The position numbers and the translations under genes are program-made. The notes beneath the pieces were generated by a model. It searched no databases and was not told where the DNA came from. It saw nothing but the letters and a program-made list of their open reading frames with translations. A stretch of 64,000 bases of DNA from Minisyncoccota bacterium (GTDB lineage Bacteria > Patescibacteriota > Minisyncoccia > Phycocordibacterales > UBA6065): NCBI GenBank assembly GCA_035714745.1, contig DASTLR010000003.1:161-64160 (forward strand), given 5' to 3'. Of the stretch, positions 10,237 through 19,483 are shown in pieces. Each line of letters begins with the position of its first letter. Position 1 is the stretch's first letter.

Positions 10237-11619
10237 CTAGAAGCTGCCTTCGATGGCCGGGGCGAACTCGCCGAAGTCGGCCTTCTCGACGGAGAGGAAG
10301 GTGGACTTGTCGGCGTCGAAGACCAGCTGGACCTCGCCGGTCGGGCCGTTTCGGTGCTTCTCGATGAGGATGGTGGCCTCGCGGGAGCGGGCCTGCTCGC
10401 CGGATTCGTCCTTTTCGCGGTGGATGAACATGACCACGTCCGCGTCCTGCTCGATGGAACCGGAATCGCGCAGGTCCGAGAGACGGGGTTTGCCGCCGCG
10501 GGACTCCACGGCGCGGGACAGCTGGGAGAGGGCGATGACCGGCACGTCCAGGTCGCGGGCCAGGTTCTTGAGCGAGCGGGAGATCTCGGTGACCTGCTGG
10601 ACGACGTTGTCGGTCTTGATCGACTGGACCGGCGTCATGAGCTGGAGGTAGTCGACGATGACCAGGCCCAGGGACTTTTCGGCCTTCAGGCGGCGGGCGA
10701 TGGCGCGCATCTTCAAGATATTGTTGCCTGGCTGGTCGTCGATATAGATAGGGGCCTTGGAAAGCTTCTCCATGGCGTCGCGGATGCGGCTGAAGTCGTG
10801 CTCGATAGAGAGGTTCTTGCCGGTGCGGAGCTTCCAGGCGTCGACGCGGGCCTCGGCGGCCAGCATGCGGTCGACGAGCTGCTGCGAGGACATTTCCAGG
10901 GAGAAGATGCCGACAGGGATGTTGTGCTCGACGGCGGCCTTGCGTGCGATGTCGAGGGCCAGTGACGTCTTACCCATAGATGGGCGAGCGGCTAGGATGA
11001 TGAGGTCCGATTTCTGGAAGCCGGAGAGCTTGTTGTCCAGGGCCTTGAAGCCGGTCGGCACGCCGCGCAGCTCGTGCTGGGAGTTATGGAGGCGGTCCAG
11101 GCGCTCCCAGGCCTCGCCCAGGGTGTCCTTGAGGGCGATGAACTTGTGCGAGCCGACGGAATTGGTGACGTCGAAGAGGCGCTTCTCGGCGTTGTCGATG
11201 ATCTCCTCGAGCTCGCCCTGCTCCTGGAACGACATGGACGAGATGTGCTCGCCGGCCTCGATGAGGCGGCGCATCATGCTCTTCTTCTGGACGATGGTGG
11301 CGTAGTGGCGGACGTTCGAGGCCGAGGGCACCAGGGCGACCAGCTCCGAGAGGTAGGTGGCGCCGCCGACGCGCTCCAGTTCGCCGCGGTCCTTGAGCTT
11401 TGACGAGAGGGAGAGGAGGTCGATCGGCTCGGCCTTGCTCATGAGCTCGAGCATGGCGCGCCAGACGATGCGGTGCTTGTCGGAATAGAAATCCTCCTCT
11501 TTTACGACGTCGGTGATCTCGTGGATGGCCTCGGGACGGAGGCAGATCGAGCCCAGCAGGGCCTGCTCGGCCTCGAGGGACTGCGGCGGGATGCGGATGT
11601 GGTCTCCGGTCTTTCTCAT
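10237..11619 (-). CDS. dnaB: Replicative DNA helicase
   Basis: PPQSLEAEQ, AARPSMGKT, VIVDYLQL, LSQLSR, DLRDSGSIEQDAD, KHRNGPTG. Confidence 0.98.
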   Translation of the reverse strand: MRKTGDHIRIPPQSLEAEQALLGSICLRPEAIHEITDVVKEEDFYSDKHRIVWRAMLELMSKAEPIDLLSLSSKLKDRGELERVGGATYLSELVALVPSASNVRHYATIVQKKSMMRRLIEAGEHISSMSFQEQGELEEIIDNAEKRLFDVTNSVGSHKFIALKDTLGEAWERLDRLHNSQHELRGVPTGFKALDNKLSGFQKSDLIILAARPSMGKTSLALDIARKAAVEHNIPVGIFSLEMSSQQLVDRMLAAEARVDAWKLRTGKNLSIEHDFSRIRDAMEKLSKAPIYIDDQPGNNILKMRAIARRLKAEKSLGLVIVDYLQLMTPVQSIKTDNVVQQVTEISRSLKNLARDLDVPVIALSQLSRAVESRGGKPRLSDLRDSGSIEQDADVVMFIHREKDESGEQARSREATILIEKHRNGPTGEVQLVFDADKSTFLSVEKADFGEFAPAIEGSF

Positions 11620-11721
11620 GCGACTATTCTACCACCGCCGCCGGCGCGCGGCACTGGCGGAAACGCCGCGGATGCGGTAAAAAGCGTCAAAACAGGGTAC
11701 AAGCGGGGGATATGCTGTGGC

Positions 11722-12090
11722 TTACGGCTCGAAGGCCGGTAGCGTCAGCGCGTGCATGCGCGCCGTGGCTCTGCGAAGGTCCGAAGCCCAATAAGGCGCC
11801 TTCGTCGGCACCAGGCGCATGCGATTATCATAACGAAGGTTTCCTACTTGCTGGACGAGGCCTCGGTCATGCAGGTTCGCGAGGGCAGTTTTGATCCTGT
11901 GGCGCGGTTCTCTGAGCATCCTGGCAAGAGAGGCTGTCGAATGAGGTCCAGAGGCGGTGGCGAGGATAACCTTTCTCTCTGTTTTGTTCAAGCTGAGCAT
12001 GTCGAACAATGTCTCGATATTGTGCCGAGAGGCGCCCCGCAATGTGCCGCTTAGCAAGGACGACTCCTCTATCATTTCAATGTCGCTCAT
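11722..12090 (-). CDS. Winged-HTH (TrmB-N-like) protein, paralog of 5882-6328
   Basis: LSLNKTERKVILAT...STASLAR...IKTALANLHDRGLV...WASDL aligns by eye with the 5882 ORF. Confidence 0.55.
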   Translation of the reverse strand: MSDIEMIEESSLLSGTLRGASRHNIETLFDMLSLNKTERKVILATASGPHSTASLARMLREPRHRIKTALANLHDRGLVQQVGNLRYDNRMRLVPTKAPYWASDLRRATARMHALTLPAFEP

Positions 12091-12268
12091 CAGCCAAGTG
12101 TACGCCCAGTCGCATCTTGAGTTCTATAGTCCTCTCGTGTCGAAAAAGAGCCTTTCGTCAAAATGGAGTTTCAAATGTCCATTTTAACGAAAGTCGTTTT
12201 TGCGAGACCGTCGAGGGCCCAATAGAATAAAAAGCTTACAAAAAATTCCGCAGATTCCTCGCCGCCTG

Positions 12269-13684
12269 CTACCTTTTGGTTATTTTTTGACCCTCCGGGG
12301 TGTCTTTGACGTCGTAGCCGAGAGCGGCGATCTGGTCGCGCAGATCGTCCGAGAGCTTCCAATTCTTGGCGTTGCGGGCCTCGGCGCGCGCGGCCGCCAG
12401 CTCCAAGATTTTTTCTGGTAAAGTATCGCCGTTCTTTTGGGCCGCGGGCAGCTCCTTTATCAATCCCAAGAGCCTATCAAGCTCTAAAAGCGTGGCTTTT
12501 TTATCCGCTGCCGACAGCGCTTCTGATTTGACGACCTCCCAAGCCATTGCGAGCGCCTTGGGCGTGTCGAGATCGTCTGCGACGTATGACAGCGCCTTCT
12601 GAAACAGCTCACCGTCAGCCGTGCCGCCGTCCGGTAGCTCGGTCACCGCGGCAACGTATCTATTGTAGGCCGTGGCGGCCGCCTCGAGCGCCTCCCAGGT
12701 GAAGTTGAGCGGCGTGGAATAGCGGGCGCCCAGCAGGTAGTAGCGATAGGCAAGCGGGTCGTAGCCCTTCTCCTTGAGCGAGCCAAGGGTGAGGAAATTT
12801 CCCTCGGATTTGGCCATCTTGCCGCCCTCTACGTTCAAAAAAGCCGAATGAAGCCAATACCTGACGAACTGGCGCCCTTCCGCCGCTTCTGACTGGGCAA
12901 TCTCGTTGTTGTGGTGGACGGGGATATGGTCGATGCCCCCGGTGTGTATGTCGACGGGCAGGCCCAGGAGCGCCTCGGACATGGCTGAGCACTCTATGTG
13001 CCAGCCCGGGAAGCCTTTGCCCCACGGCGAGTCCCACTCCATCTCGCGCCGCTCGCCGGCGGGGGAGAACTTCCAGAGGACGAAATCGGTGGCGTTCTTT
13101 TTTTCCTCGTTCACGCCGATGCGCTGGCCTTCGCGGATGCCTTTCAGGTCGATCTTCCCGAGCTTGCCGTATTCCGGGAATAGGGCCGTATCAAAGTATA
13201 TGCCGTCCGACGTCCGGTAAGCAAAGCCCTTCTTCTCGAGCTTCTTGACGATGGCGATCTGCTCGTCGATATAGTCTGTGGCGCGAGGGAACCGAGTGCC
13301 GTCCGTGTCGACGTTCAGGCCGCGTAGGTCTTCGAAGAAAGCCTCCGTATAGTGCCGGGCGATGTCCCAAGCGGATTTGCGCTCGCGACGGCGAGCCGTC
13401 TCCATCTTGTCCTCGCCGGTATCGGCGTCGCTCGTTAGGTGGCCGACGTCGGTGATGTTGATGACCTGGTGGACCCGGTATCCCGAGGCCTTCATCAGCC
13501 TCTTGAGGGTGTCGGCAAAGACGTAGGCGCGAAGGTTCCCGATATGGGCGAAGTTATAGACCGTCGGGCCGCAGTGGTACATGCCGACGCGCGGCTTGCC
13601 GATGAAGCCCAGGAAGCGTCCCAGGAGGGGCTTGAACTCCTCTTTGCGGCCGCTCAGGGTGTTGTGCAGGTAGATCGGTACCAT
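12269..13684 (-). CDS. cysS: Cysteine--tRNA ligase
   Basis: CGPTVY..AHIGN, PGWHIECSAMS, DIHTGG.DH..HH.NE.AQ, KMAKS. Confidence 0.97.
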   Translation of the reverse strand: MVPIYLHNTLSGRKEEFKPLLGRFLGFIGKPRVGMYHCGPTVYNFAHIGNLRAYVFADTLKRLMKASGYRVHQVINITDVGHLTSDADTGEDKMETARRRERKSAWDIARHYTEAFFEDLRGLNVDTDGTRFPRATDYIDEQIAIVKKLEKKGFAYRTSDGIYFDTALFPEYGKLGKIDLKGIREGQRIGVNEEKKNATDFVLWKFSPAGERREMEWDSPWGKGFPGWHIECSAMSEALLGLPVDIHTGGIDHIPVHHNNEIAQSEAAEGRQFVRYWLHSAFLNVEGGKMAKSEGNFLTLGSLKEKGYDPLAYRYYLLGARYSTPLNFTWEALEAAATAYNRYVAAVTELPDGGTADGELFQKALSYVADDLDTPKALAMAWEVVKSEALSAADKKATLLELDRLLGLIKELPAAQKNGDTLPEKILELAAARAEARNAKNWKLSDDLRDQIAALGYDVKDTPEGQKITKR

Positions 13685-13694
13685 AGGCGTCAGG

Positions 13695-14609
13695 CTAGAA
13701 CCATTTTCGGGCGCGCATGATGCCGGCGATGACCAGTCCCGTGGCGAGCATGATCAGGCCGGCCATCCAGAACTCGTGGGGCTTGCCATGGATAGGGCTG
13801 TCGGGCGACTCGATGAGGAACCACGAGGCCATGATGTTCACGAAGGACGAGACGATGGTCACGGCCGTAAAGGTCATCATGATCTTGTTCTGCTTGGTCT
13901 CCAGGAGGGAGTTGTTCGTCTCGCGCAGCTCGTGGAGCGACTCGTTCAGGCCCTGGACGGTCTTGTGGACCTTCATGTACTCGCCGATCAGGGCGTCGAT
14001 ATAATGGCCGTAATCGGCGCCGAAATGGCCCCTTGCGGCCTCCCTGAACGATTCCAGGACCTCCTGGTGGAGCGAGATGGCGTGCTTGAAGGCCAAGAGC
14101 TCGCGCGAGGTGTTCGAGATCTCGTAGACCATGTCGCGCTCGGCGCCGGCGAATATCTTCTTCTCGATCTCGTCCAGGCCGTCGCGCACCGCCTCCAGCT
14201 CGTCGCTGAGCGAGCGGTATACCTCGCGCATCAGGTAGTAGAAGGTGTATCCGGCGTTCTCGCCGAGGAGGCCGTTGTGGTCCAGGACGGCGTTGACCTC
14301 CATCATCTTTGAGAACTTGTGGAGGGGGTCGATGGTGTCGTAGCGAGCGGTGATGAGGAAGTCCTTGCCGACGATGACGTCCAGCTCTTGGGTAGTGTCC
14401 TTGTGCGAGTGCTTCCAGGCGGGGAGGTGGAGGATCAGGTAGACGAAGCCGTCATAGCGGTCGACCTTTGACCGGCTGGTGGGCAGGAGCAGCTCCTCGG
14501 CGGCCAGGGGGTGGAGGTCGTACTTCTCCATGAGCCCCCGGACCTCGTCCCTGGTCGGGCACTCCAGGTCTACCCACGCGACCTTCTTGTACGTATAGGT
14601 ATGTATCAT
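13695..14609 (-). CDS. CorA-family divalent cation transporter, atypical (no GMN motif)
   Basis: WVDLECP, LHPLAAEE, RSKVDRYD, QNKIM..FT and two C-terminal TM helices; GMN replaced by LIE. Confidence 0.8.
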   Translation of the reverse strand: MIHTYTYKKVAWVDLECPTRDEVRGLMEKYDLHPLAAEELLLPTSRSKVDRYDGFVYLILHLPAWKHSHKDTTQELDVIVGKDFLITARYDTIDPLHKFSKMMEVNAVLDHNGLLGENAGYTFYYLMREVYRSLSDELEAVRDGLDEIEKKIFAGAERDMVYEISNTSRELLAFKHAISLHQEVLESFREAARGHFGADYGHYIDALIGEYMKVHKTVQGLNESLHELRETNNSLLETKQNKIMMTFTAVTIVSSFVNIMASWFLIESPDSPIHGKPHEFWMAGLIMLATGLVIAGIMRARKWF

Positions 14610-14641
14610 GGGGATAATGATAGCATGATATAATCTCGCCT

Positions 14642-15904
14642 ATGCATCAATCGAACAAAGCCTCCGTCGCCGTCATCGCCCTGGCAGCCGTGGCGGTCTC
14701 TTTCGTCCTGGGCTTCCGGTCGGGCGCCACGTCGGCCGCCCAGCAGAGCTTGGCCGCGACCGTCGCCAACCAGGCGGCGGGCAAGCCCTCCTCTGTGGAC
14801 TTCGCGCCTTTTTGGAAGGCCTGGAACATCATCAACGAGAAATACGCGGGCACCAGCACGTCCGACCAGGACAAGGTCTACGGCGCCATCGAGGGCATGA
14901 CCGCCTCGCTCGGCGACCCGTATACCGTATTCTTCCCGCCGGCCGAGTCGAAGATGTTCGCCAGCGAGATCGCCGGCAACTTCGAGGGCGTGGGCATGGA
15001 GATCGGCATCAAGGACGGCCGCCTGGTCGTCGTCTCGCCGATCAAGGGCTCGCCGGCCGAGGCCGCGGGCGTCAAGGCGGGCGACGCCATAGCCAGGATC
15101 GACGAAACGGACGCGGCCGGCCTCTCGACCGACCAGGCCGTACAGCTGATCCGCGGCAAATCAGGGACGAAAGTCCGCCTGGGCCTGGCGCGCGACGGCA
15201 AGCCTTTTTCCGTGACCATCGTCCGGGCAAAGATCGACCTGCCGACCGTCCGCACGGCCGTCAAGCAGGAGGCGAGCTCAGCGGGCTCCACGACCGCCGA
15301 TTCCGGCACCGGCCTGCGCAAGGACGGCATCTTCGTCATATCCCTCTTCAGCTTCAGCGAGAATTCGGCCAACCTCTTCCGCGAGGCTCTGCGCGAGTTC
15401 GTCAAATCGGGCTCCCACAAGCTGGTCATCGACCTGCGCGGCAATCCAGGGGGCTATCTCGAGGCGGCGGTCGACATGGCCTCGTGGTTCCTGCCCGACG
15501 GCGCCATCGTGGTCCATGAATCCTTTGGCAAGGGCGTGCCCGAGCAGGTCTATCGCAGCAAGGGCTATAACATATTCACCGACAAGCTGAAGCTGGTCGT
15601 GCTCGTGGACGGCGGCTCGGCTTCGGCCTCCGAGATCCTGGCCGGAGCCCTCTCCGAGAATGGCCGGGCCATCCTGGTCGGCGCAAAGACCTTTGGCAAG
15701 GGGTCGGTCCAGGAGCTGGTCAACCTGACGCCGGACACCTCGCTCAAGGTCACCATCGCCAAGTGGCTGACGCCAAAGGGCAACTCCATCTCCAAGCAAG
15801 GCATCACCCCCGACTACATGGTGCCGATGACCGAGGCAGACGCCCGGGCGGAGCGCGATCCCCAGATGGACAAGGCCGTGGAATTGCTTTCAAAGCTGCC
15901 ATAG
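14642..15904 (+). CDS. ctpA: C-terminal processing protease (S41, PDZ)
   Basis: LGDPYT, FEGVGMEI, DLRGNPGG, SASASEI, TFGKGSVQ. Confidence 0.93.
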   Translation: MHQSNKASVAVIALAAVAVSFVLGFRSGATSAAQQSLAATVANQAAGKPSSVDFAPFWKAWNIINEKYAGTSTSDQDKVYGAIEGMTASLGDPYTVFFPPAESKMFASEIAGNFEGVGMEIGIKDGRLVVVSPIKGSPAEAAGVKAGDAIARIDETDAAGLSTDQAVQLIRGKSGTKVRLGLARDGKPFSVTIVRAKIDLPTVRTAVKQEASSAGSTTADSGTGLRKDGIFVISLFSFSENSANLFREALREFVKSGSHKLVIDLRGNPGGYLEAAVDMASWFLPDGAIVVHESFGKGVPEQVYRSKGYNIFTDKLKLVVLVDGGSASASEILAGALSENGRAILVGAKTFGKGSVQELVNLTPDTSLKVTIAKWLTPKGNSISKQGITPDYMVPMTEADARAERDPQMDKAVELLSKLP

Positions 15905-15937
15905 GCTAGTATCAAGACCTAACCAGATCGAACAACC

Positions 15938-16384
15938 ATGAAGATCGTATTGACCAAGGACGTGAAAGGAGTGGGAAAGAAGCACGACATCAAGACCGTA
16001 GCCGACGGATTCGCCTTGAACAGCCTGATCCCTCAGGGCTTGGCAGAGGTAGCCACCGCCGCGGCCCTGGCCCGCGTCGAGAAGGTCCGCAAGGCCGAAG
16101 AGGCCGAGAGGAAGGTCAAGGAGGACCTCCTGTCCAAGAACCTCAAGTCCATCCACGACGCCGTGGTCGAGGTGGCGGTCGGCGCCAACGAGAAAGGCCA
16201 CCTCTTCGCCGGCCTCCACGCCGCCGAGATCGCGCCCCTGGTCAAGGAGCAGACCCGCATCGACGTCCTGCCGGAATTCATCGTCCTCGAGAAGCCTATA
16301 AAGGAAGTAGGGGAGCACAAGATCGACGTCAAAGTCCAGGGCAAAAGCGCCACGTTCACGCTGAACGTCACGGCAAAGAAGTAG
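15938..16384 (+). CDS. rplI: 50S ribosomal protein L9
   Basis: MKIVLTKDVKGVG...VADGFALNSLIP, GHLFAG, PIKEVGEH. Confidence 0.95.
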   Translation: MKIVLTKDVKGVGKKHDIKTVADGFALNSLIPQGLAEVATAAALARVEKVRKAEEAERKVKEDLLSKNLKSIHDAVVEVAVGANEKGHLFAGLHAAEIAPLVKEQTRIDVLPEFIVLEKPIKEVGEHKIDVKVQGKSATFTLNVTAKK

Positions 16385-16399
16385 GGAAGAGACGAGAGA

Positions 16400-16493
16400 A
16401 CACGAAGATCACTAAAGAATACAAAAGAACACCAGAGGGGAATCTCCTCTGGTGTTCTTTTGTGATCCCCGTGTTCCCTGGTGATCTTCGTGT
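16400..16493. repeat. ~95-bp nested palindromic element, copy 2
   Basis: Outer IR ACACGAAGATCAC/GTGATCTTCGTGT and inner 18-bp IR; 3' ~45 bp identical to copy 1; lies between convergent rplI and rpmA. Confidence 0.85.
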
Positions 16494-16508
16494 CCTTCCG
16501 TATCCTCC

Positions 16509-16781
16509 TTACGCCACATTCACCACATTCTTCACCTTCGCCTTGCCGTTGAAGCCTATCTTTCGCTTGGTCGAGTTGCTGACGGTGCCCTCGGCGGTGG
16601 CGTAGATCGTGTAGTCCTTGCCCAGGGCCGTGTTCTTGCCTGGCAGGGTATTGAGGCCCTCCTGACGGACGATGATAGAGCCTACCTTGGCCCTTTCGCC
16701 GGCGTAGAGCTTGATGCCCAGGTATCGTGGGTTAGAATCTCGTCCGTTCTTCGTCGTTCCGGCTGATTTTTTTGTTGCCAT
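16509..16781 (-). CDS. rpmA: 50S ribosomal protein L27
   Basis: MATKKSAGTTKNGRDS..RYLGIK, GSIIVRQ, GKDYTIYA. Confidence 0.97.
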   Translation of the reverse strand: MATKKSAGTTKNGRDSNPRYLGIKLYAGERAKVGSIIVRQEGLNTLPGKNTALGKDYTIYATAEGTVSNSTKRKIGFNGKAKVKNVVNVA

Positions 16782-16983
16782 GGCGTGTTATTTGAGGCAT
16801 TCACTATAGCCTATAGGGTGTAACAAATCAAGCCGGGGGCAGGGAAGGGAATAAATATGGCTCAGTATGGCCATATATCAGGTTGACAAGCGCTCATTCG
16901 CCTGGTCTCCTATTGACAAATATAATCAGGGGTGCTATAATAGGACTACATCAGAGATTTTCTCTGGTGATTTTAATTTCACT

Positions 16984-17433
16984 ATGATTTTCGAGCTTAC
17001 GACCGGAATCCTGATGCTCGCATCGGCCCTGACGGGGTCGACGAGCCCTGCGACTGCGGCGACCGCAAGCCAAGGCATATCGAGCGACCAGCCGCTCTCT
17101 ACCGTCTCGACGGAAGCGTACGTCCGCGATTACTTCAAGGACATCCCGCTCCTCGCCGAGATCTCCCGCTGCGAATCGACCTTTAGGCAGTTCGACAAAG
17201 ACGGCAAGCCTATCGTCGGCAAGGTGAACAAGTCCGACATCGGCGTCATGCAGATCAACACCTATTACCATGGCGAGAGCGCGGCCAAGCTGGGCTTCGA
17301 CCTGACCACCATCGACGGCAACCTCGGCTACGCCCGATACCTCTACGGCAAGTACGGCTCGGACCCTTGGTCCAGCTCGTCCAAGTGCTGGGGCACGTAC
17401 GAGAAGCCCGCCAAGGACCTCGCCCGCACGTAA
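16984..17433 (+). CDS. Secreted lysozyme-like / lytic transglycosylase domain protein
   Basis: Signal-peptide-like N-terminus; I.RCES, DIGVMQIN, N..YARYLY...G..PW..S..CW. Confidence 0.7.
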   Translation: MIFELTTGILMLASALTGSTSPATAATASQGISSDQPLSTVSTEAYVRDYFKDIPLLAEISRCESTFRQFDKDGKPIVGKVNKSDIGVMQINTYYHGESAAKLGFDLTTIDGNLGYARYLYGKYGSDPWSSSSKCWGTYEKPAKDLART

Positions 17434-17460
17434 TCCGCGCAGAGAAAGAAGGATATAGGC

Positions 17461-17486
17461 AAAGGCCGCCCCCAAAGGCGGCTTTT
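17461..17486 (+). terminator. Intrinsic terminator
   Basis: AGGCCGCC-cccaaa-GGCGGCTTTT. Confidence 0.65.
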
Positions 17487-17526
17487 GCTTGCCGGCGGAG
17501 CGTCGGTGGGGTAGTATCCTGCCCAG

Positions 17527-18030
17527 ATGAACATCCTTACATCGCAGGGCTTGCACGCGCGCCTGGTAGCGCACGACATCGACACCGAAGGCTGGGGCAT
17601 CGGCTCCCATCGGTCGTTCGACGACCTTTTGGCCGAGCTTGCCTCGGGAGAGGCCAGTCTTATCGACCAGGAAGGCCGTCTGGTCTATTGGAGCCGGCGG
17701 ACCGAGGTCCGGGTGATCGGCGCCTTTGGCGACGAGATACACGTGTTGGCGCGGCCGATCAAAGGCAGGGTAGCAAAAGGCGACGCCGGTCCCGCCGAAG
17801 CCGCCGAGCGGTCTGTCCGTCAGGCGCTCCAGATCCCGTCAGGGGCCGAGGTCGCGCTGTTCCAGGACCGTCTTCGGGAGCCGCCTGCGGACGGGCCGTC
17901 AAGAGACTATCCCGGGCTGTGGTCGGCGGGGGAGCACCACCTGTTCCTTTGCTTCATCTCGCGGGCGCTCTTCGAAAGCCTGCGACCCCACCATGCGTGG
18001 GAGGCTATCTCCGTCTCGGCCGCAGGATGA
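17527..18030 (+). CDS. Hypothetical protein (possibly degenerate NUDIX-like fold)
   Basis: 167-aa ORF with TATCCT 6 nt before the ATG; G...E.AERSV.QAL only weakly resembles a NUDIX box. Confidence 0.5.
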   Translation: MNILTSQGLHARLVAHDIDTEGWGIGSHRSFDDLLAELASGEASLIDQEGRLVYWSRRTEVRVIGAFGDEIHVLARPIKGRVAKGDAGPAEAAERSVRQALQIPSGAEVALFQDRLREPPADGPSRDYPGLWSAGEHHLFLCFISRALFESLRPHHAWEAISVSAAG

Positions 18031-18057
18031 CCTGCGGCCTTTTTCATGGGCCAAAGG

Positions 18058-19035
18058 CTACTTGCCGTCCCTGATGTCCTTGCCGCCATGGAATTTCTCG
18101 TGGATGTCGCGCAGGCGCTTGTTGGTGACGTGGGTGTAGACCTGGGTGGTCGAGACGTTCTTGTGGCCCAGGAGCTCCTGGACGCTGCGCAGGTCCGCGC
18201 CGCGGGAGAGGAGGTCGGTGGCATAGGTGTGGCGCAGGGTATGGGGCGTGACGCGCTTCGAGATGCCGGCCACCAGGGCGCAGCGCGAGATCATCAGCTG
18301 GATGTAGCGATTGGTCAGCCGGTTGTGGTCCGGATCCTTCGAACGATGGTTGATGAAGAGGGGCTTGGACATGTCCTTGCGCGCGGCCAGGTATCTGCGC
18401 ACCCATTCGGCGGCGTGAGGGGAGATGAAGATGGTGCGGATATGCTTGCCCTTGCCGACGATCGAGAGCTCGTAGGTGCGGTCCTTGGACTTGTCCCGGA
18501 GTATGGACATCTGGTCGGCGTTCAAGGCCGCCAATTCCGAGATGCGCATCCCCGAGGAAAAGAACAGCTCCATGATGGCCCGGTCGCGCAGGCCCGAGTC
18601 GGTCTTGGTATCCGGCACGTCGAGCATCTTCTGGATATCGGACACTTCCAGAAAGGAGATCGTCTCCTCGCTCTTCTGCTTGGCCAGCTTGATCTTTGAG
18701 GAGGGCAGGGACTCGATATCCCGGTCGGCTAGGAAGGCCAAGAGAGCCCGGAGGGCGATCAGGTAGTAGTTCTGGGACTTCTTGCTCAGGTATTCGCCGC
18801 CGGGGGTCTTGTACTCGCGGGCCATGTACAGGCGGTAGTCCCATATGTGCTCGGCGGTCAGCTCGTGCGGCTTCAGGCGCTCCTGGCCGGTCTCTTTGAG
18901 CCAGCGGACGAAGAGGGAGAGATACTGATTGTAATTCCTCTGCGTGTTGTTCGACAACCCTTTCTCGATCTCGCAGTAGTCCAGGAACGGCAGGACGTAG
19001 TCCTTGAGGGGAGTGGAGCTTTGCTTGGCTTTCAT
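18058..19035 (-). CDS. Tyrosine recombinase, Xer family
   Basis: RDRAIMELFFSSGMRISE, GKG.H.R, TPHTLRHTYAT, LLGH..VSTTQVYTH (R-H-R-H-Y catalytic set). Confidence 0.95.
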   Translation of the reverse strand: MKAKQSSTPLKDYVLPFLDYCEIEKGLSNNTQRNYNQYLSLFVRWLKETGQERLKPHELTAEHIWDYRLYMAREYKTPGGEYLSKKSQNYYLIALRALLAFLADRDIESLPSSKIKLAKQKSEETISFLEVSDIQKMLDVPDTKTDSGLRDRAIMELFFSSGMRISELAALNADQMSILRDKSKDRTYELSIVGKGKHIRTIFISPHAAEWVRRYLAARKDMSKPLFINHRSKDPDHNRLTNRYIQLMISRCALVAGISKRVTPHTLRHTYATDLLSRGADLRSVQELLGHKNVSTTQVYTHVTNKRLRDIHEKFHGGKDIRDGK

Positions 19036-19059
19036 AGTCCTATTTTAACCGATATACAT

Positions 19060-19087
19060 CCTTCGCACAATATATGTAAAACGAAGG
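19060..19087. other. dif-like Xer recombination site (11-6-11)
   Basis: CCTTCGCACAA-TATATG-TAAAACGAAGG, partially palindromic, immediately upstream of the xer gene. Confidence 0.5.
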
Positions 19088-19106
19088 ATATTTGGCCTTG
19101 AGACGT

Positions 19107-19421
19107 TTATTGCCCCAGCGGCGTATAGCCGGTCTCGCCGATGTTCTTGAGCCGGGTGGCGGCGTTCTCGAGCTCGGTGGGCGCGCCTGCGTCGATGCGT
19201 CCCAGGTTATGGATGAAGGCCTTCCAGAGGATGCCGATGAAGATCTTGTCATAGAAATAGATGATCGGGCCTTTGACGGCGTTCCAGACCGTCTCTATTC
19301 CTCCATAGGCGTAGTGGAGGTTGCTCTGGGTCTGGGGGGCCTCGATGATGGCGCGCAGGTCGTAGCCGAAGAACGACAGGACGATGATGGCGACCAGGGC
19401 CAGGATGATGTATTTGACCAT
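19107..19421 (-). CDS. Hypothetical membrane-anchored protein
   Basis: MVKYIILALVAIIVLSFFGYDLR N-terminal TM; TATACT 6 nt before the ATG. Confidence 0.75.
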   Translation of the reverse strand: MVKYIILALVAIIVLSFFGYDLRAIIEAPQTQSNLHYAYGGIETVWNAVKGPIIYFYDKIFIGILWKAFIHNLGRIDAGAPTELENAATRLKNIGETGYTPLGQ

Positions 19422-19483
19422 GGGTAAAGTATAGCAGAAGAGTAAGTGGAAGAATGCACAGATCATCTACGCTCCGTGCTTTT

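Noticed and set aside
9478-16493. CRISPR array or IS ends for the repeated palindrome
   Set aside because: Only two copies, 7 kb apart, flanking essential genes; no spacers, cas genes or transposase.
18058-19035. Tyrosine recombinase as integrase of a mobile element
   Set aside because: Host-like composition, housekeeping neighbours and no att repeats or cargo; better explained as chromosomal Xer.
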